A DNA stretch of 51,987 nt, from contig CANBTZ010000001.1 of the NCBI GenBank assembly GCA_947372495.1, positions 1 through 51,987 of the forward strand, read 5' to 3'. Source of the DNA: Comamonadaceae bacterium. Its GTDB lineage: Bacteria; Pseudomonadota; Gammaproteobacteria; Burkholderiales; Burkholderiaceae_C. Of the stretch, positions 1 to 9,770 are shown piece after piece (positions within the stretch are counted from its first letter, which is position 1; every line of letters begins with the position of its first letter). Under the pieces are notes generated by a model. It made no database searches. It was given only the letters and a program-made list of their open reading frames with translations, and was not told the DNA's origin. Position numbers and translations under genes: made by a program.

Positions 1-3
1 CTC

Positions 4-1062
4 GTGGCCGCCTGCTTTTTTCTGACCGGCGCTCAGGCGCAAACTTCCACCCCTTCGAACGAGCCTGTCAAGGCTGGTTTTGTCTATGTCTCGCCCATCA
101 CCGAGGCAGGATGGACCAAGCAGCATGACGAAGGCCGCAAGGCCGTCGAGAAGGCTTTGGGCAACAAAGTCAAAACGACTTTTGTGGCCGATGTAGCCGA
201 AGGGGCCGATGCCGAGCGCGTGATCCGCGATCTCGCCAGCCAGGGCCATCAAATCATCTTCACGCCCAGCTTTGGCTACATGGAGCCCACGCTCAAGGTG
301 GCCAAGGACTTCCCGAATGTGAAGTTCGAATCGGTCACCGGTTACAAGACAGCCGCCAATGTGGCCGCGTCCAACGCCCGGTATTACGAAGGCCGCTACC
401 TGGCGGGCATTGCAGCGGGCCGCATGACGAAGACGAATGTCGCCGGTTATGTGGCGGGCTTCCCGATTCCCGAGGTGCTGCAGGGCATCAACGCTTTCAC
501 TTTGGGCATGCGCTCGGTCAACCCCAAGGCGTTGGTGAAAGTGGTCTGGCTCAACGCCTGGTTTGACCCACCGCGTGAGCGTGAGGCGGCCATGGCCTTG
601 TTCAACCAAGACGTGGACGTGATCGCCTTCCATACCGGCTCGACGGCCGTGATGGCGGCTGCGCAAGAGCGCGGCAAGATGGCCGTGGCCTACCACTCGG
701 ACATGCGCATGGTGGGGCCCGATGCCCAGATCATTGCGGTCACGCACCAGTGGGGTGACTACTACACCCGCCGCGTCAAGGCGGTCATGGATGGCCGCTG
801 GACTTCGGGCACCGTGTGGGGTGGCGTGAAGGACGGCATGGTCCGTGTCGGCGACTTTGGCCCCAAGGTGCCCAAGAAGGTGCAAGACGAAGTGCTGGCC
901 CAACAAAAGAAAATGGGTGCAGGCCAGCTGCACCCATTTACCGGGCCGATCACCGACAACGAAGGCCGCAACGTGCTGCCCGCCGGACAGCAGTTGAGCG
1001 ACGAGCAGATCTTGTCGATGAACTTTCTTGTCGCCGGTGTGGTGGGCAAGGTCAGCCGCTGA
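4..1062 (+). CDS. BMP-family ABC transporter substrate-binding protein (purine/nucleoside-binding type); N-terminus probably cut by the window edge
   Basis: GFVYVSP..GWTKQHDEGR, FTPSFGYM and RYYEGRYLAG motifs typical of BMP/PnrA proteins. The frame is open from base 1. Confidence 0.88.
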   Translation: MAACFFLTGAQAQTSTPSNEPVKAGFVYVSPITEAGWTKQHDEGRKAVEKALGNKVKTTFVADVAEGADAERVIRDLASQGHQIIFTPSFGYMEPTLKVAKDFPNVKFESVTGYKTAANVAASNARYYEGRYLAGIAAGRMTKTNVAGYVAGFPIPEVLQGINAFTLGMRSVNPKALVKVVWLNAWFDPPREREAAMALFNQDVDVIAFHTGSTAVMAAAQERGKMAVAYHSDMRMVGPDAQIIAVTHQWGDYYTRRVKAVMDGRWTSGTVWGGVKDGMVRVGDFGPKVPKKVQDEVLAQQKKMGAGQLHPFTGPITDNEGRNVLPAGQQLSDEQILSMNFLVAGVVGKVSR

Positions 1063-1080
1063 GGCTGACCTTGGCACGCA

Positions 1081-2451
1081 TCACGGTGCGAGCTGCTTGA
1101 GCAGGGCTTGCAGGTTGGACGCCTGCGACAGGCTCCAGCACGCGCCGAGCACACTTTGCACTTTGGACGCGCCCAAAATCGGGTCGGCCAGGTTGTGGAA
1201 CTTGGCTTCCAGATCGGTGTCGCTCATGGGGCGCTGCAGTGAGCCGATGGCGTGCTCGACATGCACCTGCACGCTGCGGCCATCTTTCAGCTTGGCGGTG
1301 ACGTAGACGCTCTCTTCGCGCACCGAGGTGTCCACCACGGCCTGCACCTTGCGGCGCAGGGCCACCACGTCTTCGCGTGTGACGATGTGGTCGGCAAACT
1401 CTTCTTCGCCAGCGCGGCCAAAGATCAGGCCCGCAGCGCAGCCGTGGTACACGCTGAACTTGCCTTGCAGGCCGTCTTGCGGTTCTTTCTTGCCGGTCAG
1501 CTCCAGCACCAGGGGGTGCACGCGCAGCTCGATGGTTTCAACCTCGTCAGCCTTCACGCCTTGGGCGCGCAGTTGGGCGCAGGCGTCGATGCTGGGGTGG
1601 ATCACGATGCCGCAGGCAAAAGGTTTGTAGGCGTTGAAGCTGATCTCGAAACGCTGACCCAGCTCGTCTTGCGCTTCGCGCCAGTCGTACTTGGTGGACA
1701 GCACCTGGGCCCAGCCGCGTGGGGCTTCGAGCGAACGGGCGCTCGATGTGAAACCCTTTTGTGCCAGCAAGGCCGACATCAAACCGGCACGCGCTGCGCC
1801 GCCGGGGTGGAAGGGTTTGGTCATGGTGCCGAACTGTTCGCGCAAGCCAATGGGTTGCGACGCGGCAATGCCCAGCGCCATGGTGGTTTGGTCTGCGCTC
1901 AGGCCCAGCAAGCGAGAGCAAGCGGCGGCCGCGCCCAGCGTGCCGGTGGAGCCGGTGATGTGCCAGCCGCGGTCGTAGTGCTCGGGGTAGACCAGGTTGC
2001 CCATGCGGCAGGCCACGTCGATGCCCAGCACCAGTGCGTCGATCACTTGGCGGCCTGAGCTGCTTTGGTGCTCGGCCAGCGCCATGATGGCCGAGGCCAC
2101 AGGGCCTGCGGGGTGGATGATGGTCTTGAGGTGGGTGTCGTCAAAGTCAAAGGTGTGCGACGAGATGCCGTTGATCAGGGCCGCACTGGCCATGTCCACG
2201 CGTTCGCTGCGGCCGGCCAGGGTGGCTTGGGGCGCTGGCTCCAGCATTTGGGTGGCGGCCAGGGCGGCGTCCACGGCTTCGTGTCTGGCAGCGCCGATCG
2301 CACAACCGAGCCAGTTCAAAAAGGTGCGGTGCGCTTCGTGCTCGACGGCATCGCTCCAGCCTTTGGAAGGGTGGTTGGCCACGAATTCGGCCAATTGACG
2401 GGTGATGGCCGGAGCGTTGTGGTCGGCGGTGACGCTGGTGTTGACGGTCAT
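1081..2451 (-). CDS. MmgE/PrpD family protein
   Basis: NGISSHTFDFDDTH, HP..PV, RGWHITG, TKPFHPG and YKPFACGIVIHP motifs. Confidence 0.92.
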   Translation of the reverse strand: MTVNTSVTADHNAPAITRQLAEFVANHPSKGWSDAVEHEAHRTFLNWLGCAIGAARHEAVDAALAATQMLEPAPQATLAGRSERVDMASAALINGISSHTFDFDDTHLKTIIHPAGPVASAIMALAEHQSSSGRQVIDALVLGIDVACRMGNLVYPEHYDRGWHITGSTGTLGAAAACSRLLGLSADQTTMALGIAASQPIGLREQFGTMTKPFHPGGAARAGLMSALLAQKGFTSSARSLEAPRGWAQVLSTKYDWREAQDELGQRFEISFNAYKPFACGIVIHPSIDACAQLRAQGVKADEVETIELRVHPLVLELTGKKEPQDGLQGKFSVYHGCAAGLIFGRAGEEEFADHIVTREDVVALRRKVQAVVDTSVREESVYVTAKLKDGRSVQVHVEHAIGSLQRPMSDTDLEAKFHNLADPILGASKVQSVLGACWSLSQASNLQALLKQLAP

Positions 2452-2482
2452 GGTCTTTCCATTTCAATAAAAAATCGATTGT

Positions 2483-3451
2483 TCAGGCATCGAGGTTGAT
2501 GTTGCGTTTGCGGGCGAGTTCGGTCCAGCGTGCCAGGTCTTTTTTCATGTAGTCCCCAAACTGGCTGGCCGTCATCGGCATCAGTTCGATCGCTTCGGCG
2601 CTGAGCTTTTCACGGAAGTCGGGCTGGGCCAGCACCTGGGCCAGCGCATCGCTCAGTTGCTTGACGATCGGGGCGGGCATGCCAGCGGGTCCGACGATGC
2701 CGTACCACTGCTGGGCGTCAAAGCCCTTGACGCCCGCTTCGTCCATGGTGGGCACGTCTTTGAGGGCGGGGTGACGCTGGTTACCCGTGACGGCCAAGGG
2801 GCGTACACGGCCGCTGCGGATGTGGGGCAGCGCAGCGGCCAATCCCGGGAACATGGCTTGGGTTTGCCCTGCGATCACGTCGGTGGTGGCGGGCGCAATG
2901 CCGCGGTAAGGGATGTGCACCATGAAGGTGTCGGTCTGCAGCTTGAACAGCTCGGCCGTGAGGTGGGTGAGTGAGCCGGCGCCGGCCGAGCCGTAAGACA
3001 CGCGGCCTGGGTTCTTTTTGACGTACTCGATGAAGGCTTTGACGTCCTTGATGGGCAGCGACGCGTTGACCACCAACACGTTGGGGGTGGCACCGATCAT
3101 GCCGATGGGGGTGAAGTCCTTGATCGGGTCGTAGCTGAGCTTGCGGGTGGCGGGCGCTGTGGCGTGGGTGGACACATAGCCTTGCATCAAGGTGTAGCCA
3201 TCGGGCGCAGAACGCGCCGTGGTCTGCGAAGCGATCACGCCGCCGCCGCCGCCCAGGTTGTCGACCACCATGACTTGCCCCAGCACTTTGCCCAAACGCT
3301 CGCACACGGTGCGGCCCACCATGTCGGAGCCGCCCCCTGCGGCCACAGGCACGATGTATTTGATCGGTTTGGCGGGGTAAGGCGATTGGGCCCAGGTGCT
3401 GGCAGGCAGGGCCAGCAAAGGTGCCGATTGAAGCAAGGTCCGACGTTTCAT
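2483..3451 (-). CDS. Bug/TctC tripartite tricarboxylate transporter substrate-binding protein
   Basis: YPAKPIKYIVPVAAGGGSD, PDGYTL, YGSAGAGS, HIPYRG motifs. Confidence 0.93.
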   Translation of the reverse strand: MKRRTLLQSAPLLALPASTWAQSPYPAKPIKYIVPVAAGGGSDMVGRTVCERLGKVLGQVMVVDNLGGGGGVIASQTTARSAPDGYTLMQGYVSTHATAPATRKLSYDPIKDFTPIGMIGATPNVLVVNASLPIKDVKAFIEYVKKNPGRVSYGSAGAGSLTHLTAELFKLQTDTFMVHIPYRGIAPATTDVIAGQTQAMFPGLAAALPHIRSGRVRPLAVTGNQRHPALKDVPTMDEAGVKGFDAQQWYGIVGPAGMPAPIVKQLSDALAQVLAQPDFREKLSAEAIELMPMTASQFGDYMKKDLARWTELARKRNINLDA

Positions 3452-4182
3452 GGGAGGTCTCCGAGTGATTTCGCTGATTGCAGTTCAGGTGTTGCGGTGC
3501 TTTTTTGCAGACGTTTGAAGGCGCTGCTCACATGCTGTGTGAGCAGTTGGCTGGTGAGGGGGGCATCGCCTTGTGCAATGGCCTGCGCGATGCTGGCGTG
3601 CTCTGCGATGGAGCGCTGCATGCTCAGGCCTTGGGACAGGCTTTTGAGCCGCGCCAAGTGCAGTTTTTGGACCACGTCGCGGTAGGTGCTGGCGAGCGGC
3701 TGGTTGCCCGCGGCCTCAATGATCCGCCAGTGGAAATGCAGGTTCTCGGCGTAATAGGCCGCCACGTCTTGCTGCGTGGCCGCCGCTTGCATGGCGGTGA
3801 CCGACGCGGACAGTTCACTGGCCAAGTGTGTGCGCTGCTCAGCGGGCAGGGCGGCCACTTTGCCGCCCGCAAAACCGTCGAGCAGGCTGCGCATCTCGTA
3901 CAGGTCGAGCACCTCGGTGTCCTGGATTTCACGCACAAAAGTGCCCGAATGCTTGCGTGAGCTCACCAGTCCCGAGCTTTCGAGCTCGCGCAGGGCTTCG
4001 CGCACCGGCACCCGCGAGACTTGCAGCCGGGCGCAGACATCGGGTTCGTTGATGCGGTCGCCCGGTGCCAAGTCGCCCCGCAGTATGCGCCCGAGCAGGT
4101 CTTCGCGCACGAGCTTGGCCAGCGAGGTGTCTCGCATGGTTTGCAGTCGCGCCGACGTGTCGGAGGTGATCCAGGGCAGCAT
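3448..4182 (-). CDS. GntR/FadR-family transcriptional regulator (wHTH + FCD)
   Basis: ILRGDLAPGDRINE...VSRVPVREALRELE HTH; FCD region with FH...AGN and EH..I. ATG at 4182 chosen over TTG at 4188. Confidence 0.9.
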   Translation of the reverse strand: MLPWITSDTSARLQTMRDTSLAKLVREDLLGRILRGDLAPGDRINEPDVCARLQVSRVPVREALRELESSGLVSSRKHSGTFVREIQDTEVLDLYEMRSLLDGFAGGKVAALPAEQRTHLASELSASVTAMQAAATQQDVAAYYAENLHFHWRIIEAAGNQPLASTYRDVVQKLHLARLKSLSQGLSMQRSIAEHASIAQAIAQGDAPLTSQLLTQHVSSAFKRLQKSTATPELQSAKSLGDLP

Positions 4183-4209
4183 GGTCAAAATTCGGTGATT
4201 AATTGTCTA

Positions 4210-4219
4210 TCGTATACGA
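4210..4219. promoter_or_regulatory. Perfect palindrome TCGTATACGA, likely GntR operator (autoregulation)
   Basis: GT-N-AC-type palindrome in an AT-rich patch just upstream of gntR, next to a minus-strand GACAAT -10-like hexamer (4202-4207). Confidence 0.5.
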
Positions 4220-4335
4220 AATACGATTAAGCGCCAACCGTCCTTGTCCATCAGGTGACGCTGCAGTGCTTGGCTTGCACCCGAAAAGCTTGGGCAGAAG
4301 CGGCCTAGAATGCGGCATTCTTCCGAGGTGAACCG

Positions 4336-4905
4336 ATGAGCATCAAGAGCGACAAATGGATCCGCCGCATGGCCGAACAAACGGGCATGATCGAGCCGTT
4401 CGAGCCGGGCCAGATCCGCCAAAACGCGGCGGGCGAAAAAATCGTGAGTTATGGCACCAGCAGCTACGGTTACGACATCCGCTGCGCGCCCGAGTTCAAG
4501 GTGTTCACCAACATCTACAGCACGGTGGTGGACCCCAAAAACTTCGACGAGAAGAGCTTTGTGGACATCCACAGCGACGTCTGCATCATCCCGCCCAACA
4601 GTTTTGCGCTGGCCCGTACGGTGGAATATTTCCGCATTCCGCGCAACGTGCTGACCGTTTGCTTGGGCAAAAGCACCTACGCGCGCTGCGGCATCATCGT
4701 CAACGTGACCCCCTTCGAGCCCGAGTGGGAAGGTTATGTGACCCTCGAATTCAGCAACACCACGCCGCTGCCCGCCAAGATTTACGCGGGTGAAGGTTGT
4801 GCCCAGGTGCTGTTCTTTGAGAGCGACGAAGTGTGCGAAACCAGCTACAAAGACCGCGGCGGAAAGTACCAGGGCCAAGTGGGCGTGACCCTGCCCAAGA
4901 CCTGA
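4336..4905 (+). CDS. dcd: dCTP deaminase
   Basis: [45 protein letters not shown] motifs. Confidence 0.97.
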   Translation: MSIKSDKWIRRMAEQTGMIEPFEPGQIRQNAAGEKIVSYGTSSYGYDIRCAPEFKVFTNIYSTVVDPKNFDEKSFVDIHSDVCIIPPNSFALARTVEYFRIPRNVLTVCLGKSTYARCGIIVNVTPFEPEWEGYVTLEFSNTTPLPAKIYAGEGCAQVLFFESDEVCETSYKDRGGKYQGQVGVTLPKT

Positions 4906-4944
4906 TTTCCGGGCGGTCTGGCTGAAATGAGACAATAGAGGCTA

Positions 4945-6429
4945 ATGACTGCATCTTTTTCCAATTTGTCGCTGGCGCCTACGCTGGCACGCGCCGTAGC
5001 CGAAATGGGCTACGAATCCATGACCCCCATCCAGGCAGAGGCCATTCCGGTGGTTCTCACGGGCCAAGACGTCATGGGCGCAGCTCAGACGGGCACGGGC
5101 AAAACTGCGGCGTTTTCGCTGCCTTTGCTCCAGCGCCTGCTCAAGCACGAGAACGCTTCGACTTCGCCTGCCCGCCACCCTGTGCGGGCACTGGTGCTGT
5201 TGCCCACCCGCGAGCTGGCCGATCAGGTGGCCCAGCAAATCAAGCTTTACGCCAAGTACACCCAGCTGCGCAGCATGGTGGTGTTTGGCGGCATGGACAT
5301 GAAGCCCCAAACGGCCGAGCTCAAAAAAGGCGTGGAAGTGCTGGTGGCCACCCCCGGACGCTTGCTGGACCACATCGAAGCCAAAACCGCGGTCCTGAAC
5401 CAGGTCGAATACGTGGTGCTGGACGAGGCCGACCGCATGCTGGACATCGGCTTTTTGCCCGACCTGCAGCGCATCCTGAGCTACTTGCCCAAGCAGCGCA
5501 CCACGCTGTTGTTCTCAGCCACTTTCTCGCCTGAGATCAAACGCCTGGCGGGCAGCTACCTGCAAAACCCGGTCACCATCGAGGTGGCCCGTCCGAACGA
5601 AACCGCTTCCACCGTTGAGCAGCGCTTTTACGCCGCGCAAGACGATGACAAGCGACGCGTGATCCACAAAATTCTGACCGATCGCGGTCTCGAGCAAGCC
5701 TTCATCTTCACCAACAGCAAGCTCGGCTGCGCCCGCTTGGCCCGCTCACTCGAGCGCGAAGGCTACAAGACCGGTGCCTTGCACGGTGACAAGAGCCAGG
5801 ACGAGCGCCTCAAAGCACTGGAAGCCTTCAAAAAAGGCGAAGTCAATCTGTTGGTCTGTACCGATGTGGCTGCCCGCGGTCTGGACATCAAGGACGTGCC
5901 TGCGGTCTTTAACTTTGACGTGCCTTTCAATGCCGAAGACTATGTCCACCGCATTGGCCGCACGGGCCGCGCTGGCGCCAGTGGCCTGGCCGTGACGCTG
6001 GTCTCGCCCAGCGACACCCGCTTGGTAGGCGACATTGAGAAGCTGATCAAGAAAAAAATCGACGTCGAATCGATCGCGCTCGACGGCGACCGCGCACCAC
6101 GCAGTCGCTTTGAAGGTGAACGCGGCCGCTCGGAGGGCGAACGCCCTCGCCGCGATGCCGATCGCCCTCGGTTTGATGGCGAACGCCAGCGCCGCGAACA
6201 TGACCGCGACCCGCGCGATGGGCAGGATTCCCCCCGTGAGCGCCGCTCGGGCGGTTTCCGTCCTGCACCGGTCTCGCGTGACCCGTTCTTTGACAAGCCT
6301 TACGAGGCCCCGCAGGCCGATGCGCCAGCGGGTTGGGAGTCCACCCGTGGCACCATGCCGCGCTCGCCCGTGTCGGCCAACATCAAGCCCAAACGCAAAG
6401 TGGCAGCTTTGTTCAAGACCGGCGAATAA
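4945..6429 (+). CDS. rhlE: DEAD-box RNA helicase (RhlE-like) with R/D/E-rich disordered C-terminal tail
   Basis: AQTGTGKT, PTRELA, TPGRLLD, DEAD, SAT, ARGLD, HRIGRTGRAG motifs. Confidence 0.9.
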   Translation: MTASFSNLSLAPTLARAVAEMGYESMTPIQAEAIPVVLTGQDVMGAAQTGTGKTAAFSLPLLQRLLKHENASTSPARHPVRALVLLPTRELADQVAQQIKLYAKYTQLRSMVVFGGMDMKPQTAELKKGVEVLVATPGRLLDHIEAKTAVLNQVEYVVLDEADRMLDIGFLPDLQRILSYLPKQRTTLLFSATFSPEIKRLAGSYLQNPVTIEVARPNETASTVEQRFYAAQDDDKRRVIHKILTDRGLEQAFIFTNSKLGCARLARSLEREGYKTGALHGDKSQDERLKALEAFKKGEVNLLVCTDVAARGLDIKDVPAVFNFDVPFNAEDYVHRIGRTGRAGASGLAVTLVSPSDTRLVGDIEKLIKKKIDVESIALDGDRAPRSRFEGERGRSEGERPRRDADRPRFDGERQRREHDRDPRDGQDSPRERRSGGFRPAPVSRDPFFDKPYEAPQADAPAGWESTRGTMPRSPVSANIKPKRKVAALFKTGE

Positions 6430-6485
6430 GCAGACCTTTACCGGTCTGTTATCTGCCCGACATCCAGGGCTGTCAAAATCGGAGG

Positions 6486-8705
6486 ATGCTTGAAAACTCG
6501 TCCCTCGTCTCATCGGTCAAGCCCCTTGCGCTGACCTCTCCCCACTTTGATGTGTCTCCCACGGTTTGGGGCTGGTTGGCTGTGGGCCTGCTCAGTCCTG
6601 TGGTGGGCGTGCTGGCGCAACCCGCACCCGTCACCGACATGGGCCGGGTTGAAATCCGCAGCAACCGCGACAACGACACCGAAGCGCGCCGAGAATCAAC
6701 TGCAGCCAAAATCGTGATTGGCCGCGAAGAGATCGAAAAACAAGGCGACGCCACATTGGGCGAAGTCCTCAAACGTTTGCCGGGGGTGACGATCGGCGGC
6801 GCACCTGGTCGCGGTGGGGCGATTCGCATGCGTGGCTTGGGCAACGGCTACACGCAAATTCTGATCGACGGCGAGCGGATGCCGCCGGGCTTTTCGGTGG
6901 ACCAGCTGACCCCTGAGCAGGTCGAAAAAATCGAGATCATGCGCGCCCCGACCGCCGAGACGGGGGCCCGTGCCATTGCGGGCACCATCAACATCGTGAT
7001 GCGTGAAGGGCAAAAAGCTTCTCCCGATGACCTCAAGCTCACGCACGGCACCGAGCACGGCTATGGCTCAAGCCAGCTCAACTGGGTACACAACCTCAAA
7101 ACCGAACCCGTCAGCGGCACACTCACAGTGTCGGCCATGGACAACTACCGTTACGACGAGAGCACCACGGTGACCGAGTCTTCGCTCATCACAGACCGGG
7201 TGCGCGAGAGCAGCAGCTTGGCGCGCCGCAAGGCCGTCAATGCCAATGCTCGTTTGCAGTGGAAAGGCGAGCAAGGCCGCAGCCTGGTGTTGACGCCTTT
7301 TGTGGTGTATTCCGACAACGACAGCCGGGGGCAGATTGCGGTGCGCACCACAGAAGGTGCCCCCTTGTCAGATGCCGCACAAACGCAAAGCAAAAGCCGT
7401 TTCACCATGGCCCGGCTCAACGGGCAATGGACCGAGCGTCTGTCGGCCGATGACCGCCTGGAAGTGCGATTTGGTGGTGGCCAAACCACTTACGACTACC
7501 GGATGGACCAAACCGGCGCTGCCGGTGTGGCCAGCAGCAGTGGCCAGCCCTTGCTGCGCAATGGTTTTGAAACCCAGAACTTTGTGGACAGCAGCTACAG
7601 CCTGAACGGCAAATGGAGCCGAGTACTCGACAACGGCCACCAGATCGTGTCGGGCGTGGAGTTGGAGACCGTCAAACGGGACGAGCAGGGCAATGCGGCC
7701 TTGTCTGACGACGGCGGCAACCTCTCCGCCAGCACGCGCCGTTGGGCGGTTTACACGCAAGACGAATTCAAGATCAACGCGCAATGGTCGGCCTACGGTG
7801 GTCTTCGTTACGAAAACCTGCTGACCGAGGGCACGGTCACCACCAACGGGATTTCCGCTCTCAAACACAACGACAGCGGTGTGCTCACGCCGCTGTTGCA
7901 CGCGGTGTACAAGCCCGATCCGCAAAAGCGTGACCAGATCCGCATGAGCCTGACGCGCAGCTACAAGACGCCTTCGCTTTACCAACTTGTCGCTCGTTAT
8001 GTGCCGTCTTTGGGCGAGAACAGCTGGACCCAAGCCGATCGCACGGGCAATCCGGATCTCAAACCCGAGTTGGCGACCGGGGTGGATTTGGCTTACGAGC
8101 GTTACCTGGAGCAAGGCGGCTTGCTCAGTGCCAACGTCTTCCGACGCAACATCAGCAACCTGATTCGCTCTACCACCAGCTACAACGCCAGCACCGGGCG
8201 CTACATCTCATCACCCACCAATGTGGGCGATGCCGTCACGCAAGGCCTGGAGCTGGAGGCGAAATTCCGCCTGGACCAGTGGTTGGCCAACGCCTGGCCC
8301 GTGGATGTGCGGGCCAATGCGAGCTTCTTCCATTCGCAGGTGCTGGACGTGCTCGGCCCCAACAACCGACTCGACCAGCAGCCCAACATGACCGCCAACT
8401 TAGGGGGCGACTACCGACTGCGCAGCGTGCCTTTGACGGTGGGAGGGAACTTCAACTTCAACCCTGCTTTTGACACGCGCCGCACAGACCAGCAATGGGC
8501 TTACCAAGGGGCCAAACGCGTGCTGGACGTCTATGGCCTGTGGAAGTTGTCACCCACAGCGGGTTTGCGTCTGACCGTGAGCAACCTCACGCCCTTGGAC
8601 TACACCACCGGATCGACCTTCCGCAGCGGCGCTCAATACGAATCGGCCACCACCACGGCCCACAACTGGCGCAACATTCAGCTGCGGCTGGAGATGAAAA
8701 TTTGA
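6486..8705 (+). CDS. TonB-dependent outer-membrane receptor (start uncertain)
   Basis: Plug domain LKRLPGV...IRMRGLG..YTQILIDG..IEIMRAP..AIAGTINIV; barrel motif GNPDLKPE. Confidence 0.9.
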   Translation: MLENSSLVSSVKPLALTSPHFDVSPTVWGWLAVGLLSPVVGVLAQPAPVTDMGRVEIRSNRDNDTEARRESTAAKIVIGREEIEKQGDATLGEVLKRLPGVTIGGAPGRGGAIRMRGLGNGYTQILIDGERMPPGFSVDQLTPEQVEKIEIMRAPTAETGARAIAGTINIVMREGQKASPDDLKLTHGTEHGYGSSQLNWVHNLKTEPVSGTLTVSAMDNYRYDESTTVTESSLITDRVRESSSLARRKAVNANARLQWKGEQGRSLVLTPFVVYSDNDSRGQIAVRTTEGAPLSDAAQTQSKSRFTMARLNGQWTERLSADDRLEVRFGGGQTTYDYRMDQTGAAGVASSSGQPLLRNGFETQNFVDSSYSLNGKWSRVLDNGHQIVSGVELETVKRDEQGNAALSDDGGNLSASTRRWAVYTQDEFKINAQWSAYGGLRYENLLTEGTVTTNGISALKHNDSGVLTPLLHAVYKPDPQKRDQIRMSLTRSYKTPSLYQLVARYVPSLGENSWTQADRTGNPDLKPELATGVDLAYERYLEQGGLLSANVFRRNISNLIRSTTSYNASTGRYISSPTNVGDAVTQGLELEAKFRLDQWLANAWPVDVRANASFFHSQVLDVLGPNNRLDQQPNMTANLGGDYRLRSVPLTVGGNFNFNPAFDTRRTDQQWAYQGAKRVLDVYGLWKLSPTAGLRLTVSNLTPLDYTTGSTFRSGAQYESATTTAHNWRNIQLRLEMKI

Positions 8706-8823
8706 TGTTGCTCTTCGTCAGTAATCTGTGGGCGTCGACCACCGCACTTCACTGTCACGACTTAGGCAGCATGGCCGTTGTGCCTGTGCCAAGATAGCGG
8801 CGATTCACCCCAAGGAGACTTCT

Positions 8824-9699
8824 ATGGCCATCAAAAACGGCGCCTGGCACGACCGCATGTACAACAACCGGGCCTTGGTGCCTGACTTCGCAGACCACTT
8901 TGCGCATTGGTCTGCCGCCTCTGAGCGGGCCAGAAAAGAGCTGCCTTGCCAGCTGGACGTGCACTACGGCGCAGGCCCCAAAGAAACGCTCGACATCTTC
9001 CCGGCTGCCCGGCCTGGTGCGCCCGTGGTGGTCTTCATCCATGGCGGTTATTGGCGCAGCCTCGACAAGTCAGATCACTCGTTTTTGGCCCCCGCTTTGC
9101 ACGACATGGGGGCCTGCGTGGTGGCCGTCAACTACGCGCTGTGTCCGGGCACGCCTGAGCAGCCCGTGACCATTCCTGACATCGCGTTGCAGATGACCCA
9201 GGCGCTGGCTTGGGTGTGGCGTCACATCGGTTTGCATGGCGGCGACCGCAACAACATCACCGTGATTGGCCACTCGGCGGGCGGTCATCTGGCGGCCATG
9301 CTGCTTGCATGTGACTGGAAAGATGTGGGATCCGATTTGCCCATGAACCTGGTGCGCAAAACGATGTCCATCTCGGGTCTGTATGACTTGGAGCCTGTGC
9401 GCAAGACACCGTTTGTGGCCCCTGATTTGTGCATCACACCGGCCCATGTGCGCTTGGCCAGTCCGGCCAAATGGCCCAGCCCACGCAAGGGGGTGCTCTA
9501 CACCGTGGCTGGGGGTGACGAAAGCGCGGAGTTCCTGCGGCACAACCGCCTGATTCATCAAGCCTGGGGCCCCAAGACCGTGCCCGTGTGCGAAGACCTG
9601 CCAGGGCTGAACCATTTCAGCATCGTCACGGACCTGACCCGCGTGGGCAGCCGATTGCATGCGCTGGCGCAAAAGCTGATCCAGCTCAAACCGGCCTGA
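8824..9699 (+). CDS. Alpha/beta hydrolase, arylformamidase/kynurenine-formamidase-like
   Basis: FIHGGYW, GHSAGGHL nucleophile elbow, NHFS; AAGGAG RBS before ATG 8824. Confidence 0.85.
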   Translation: MAIKNGAWHDRMYNNRALVPDFADHFAHWSAASERARKELPCQLDVHYGAGPKETLDIFPAARPGAPVVVFIHGGYWRSLDKSDHSFLAPALHDMGACVVAVNYALCPGTPEQPVTIPDIALQMTQALAWVWRHIGLHGGDRNNITVIGHSAGGHLAAMLLACDWKDVGSDLPMNLVRKTMSISGLYDLEPVRKTPFVAPDLCITPAHVRLASPAKWPSPRKGVLYTVAGGDESAEFLRHNRLIHQAWGPKTVPVCEDLPGLNHFSIVTDLTRVGSRLHALAQKLIQLKPA

Positions 9700-9720
9700 C
9701 ACGCGACGCGGAGCGCTCAC

Positions 9721-9753
9721 AAAAAAAGGGCAAGCCATGCGGCTTGCCCTTTT
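9721..9753. terminator. Bidirectional intrinsic terminator
   Basis: AAAAGGGCAAGCC-ATGC-GGCTTGCCCTTTT between convergent genes. Confidence 0.85.
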
Positions 9754-9770
9754 GGGTTTGCGGGCTCAGC

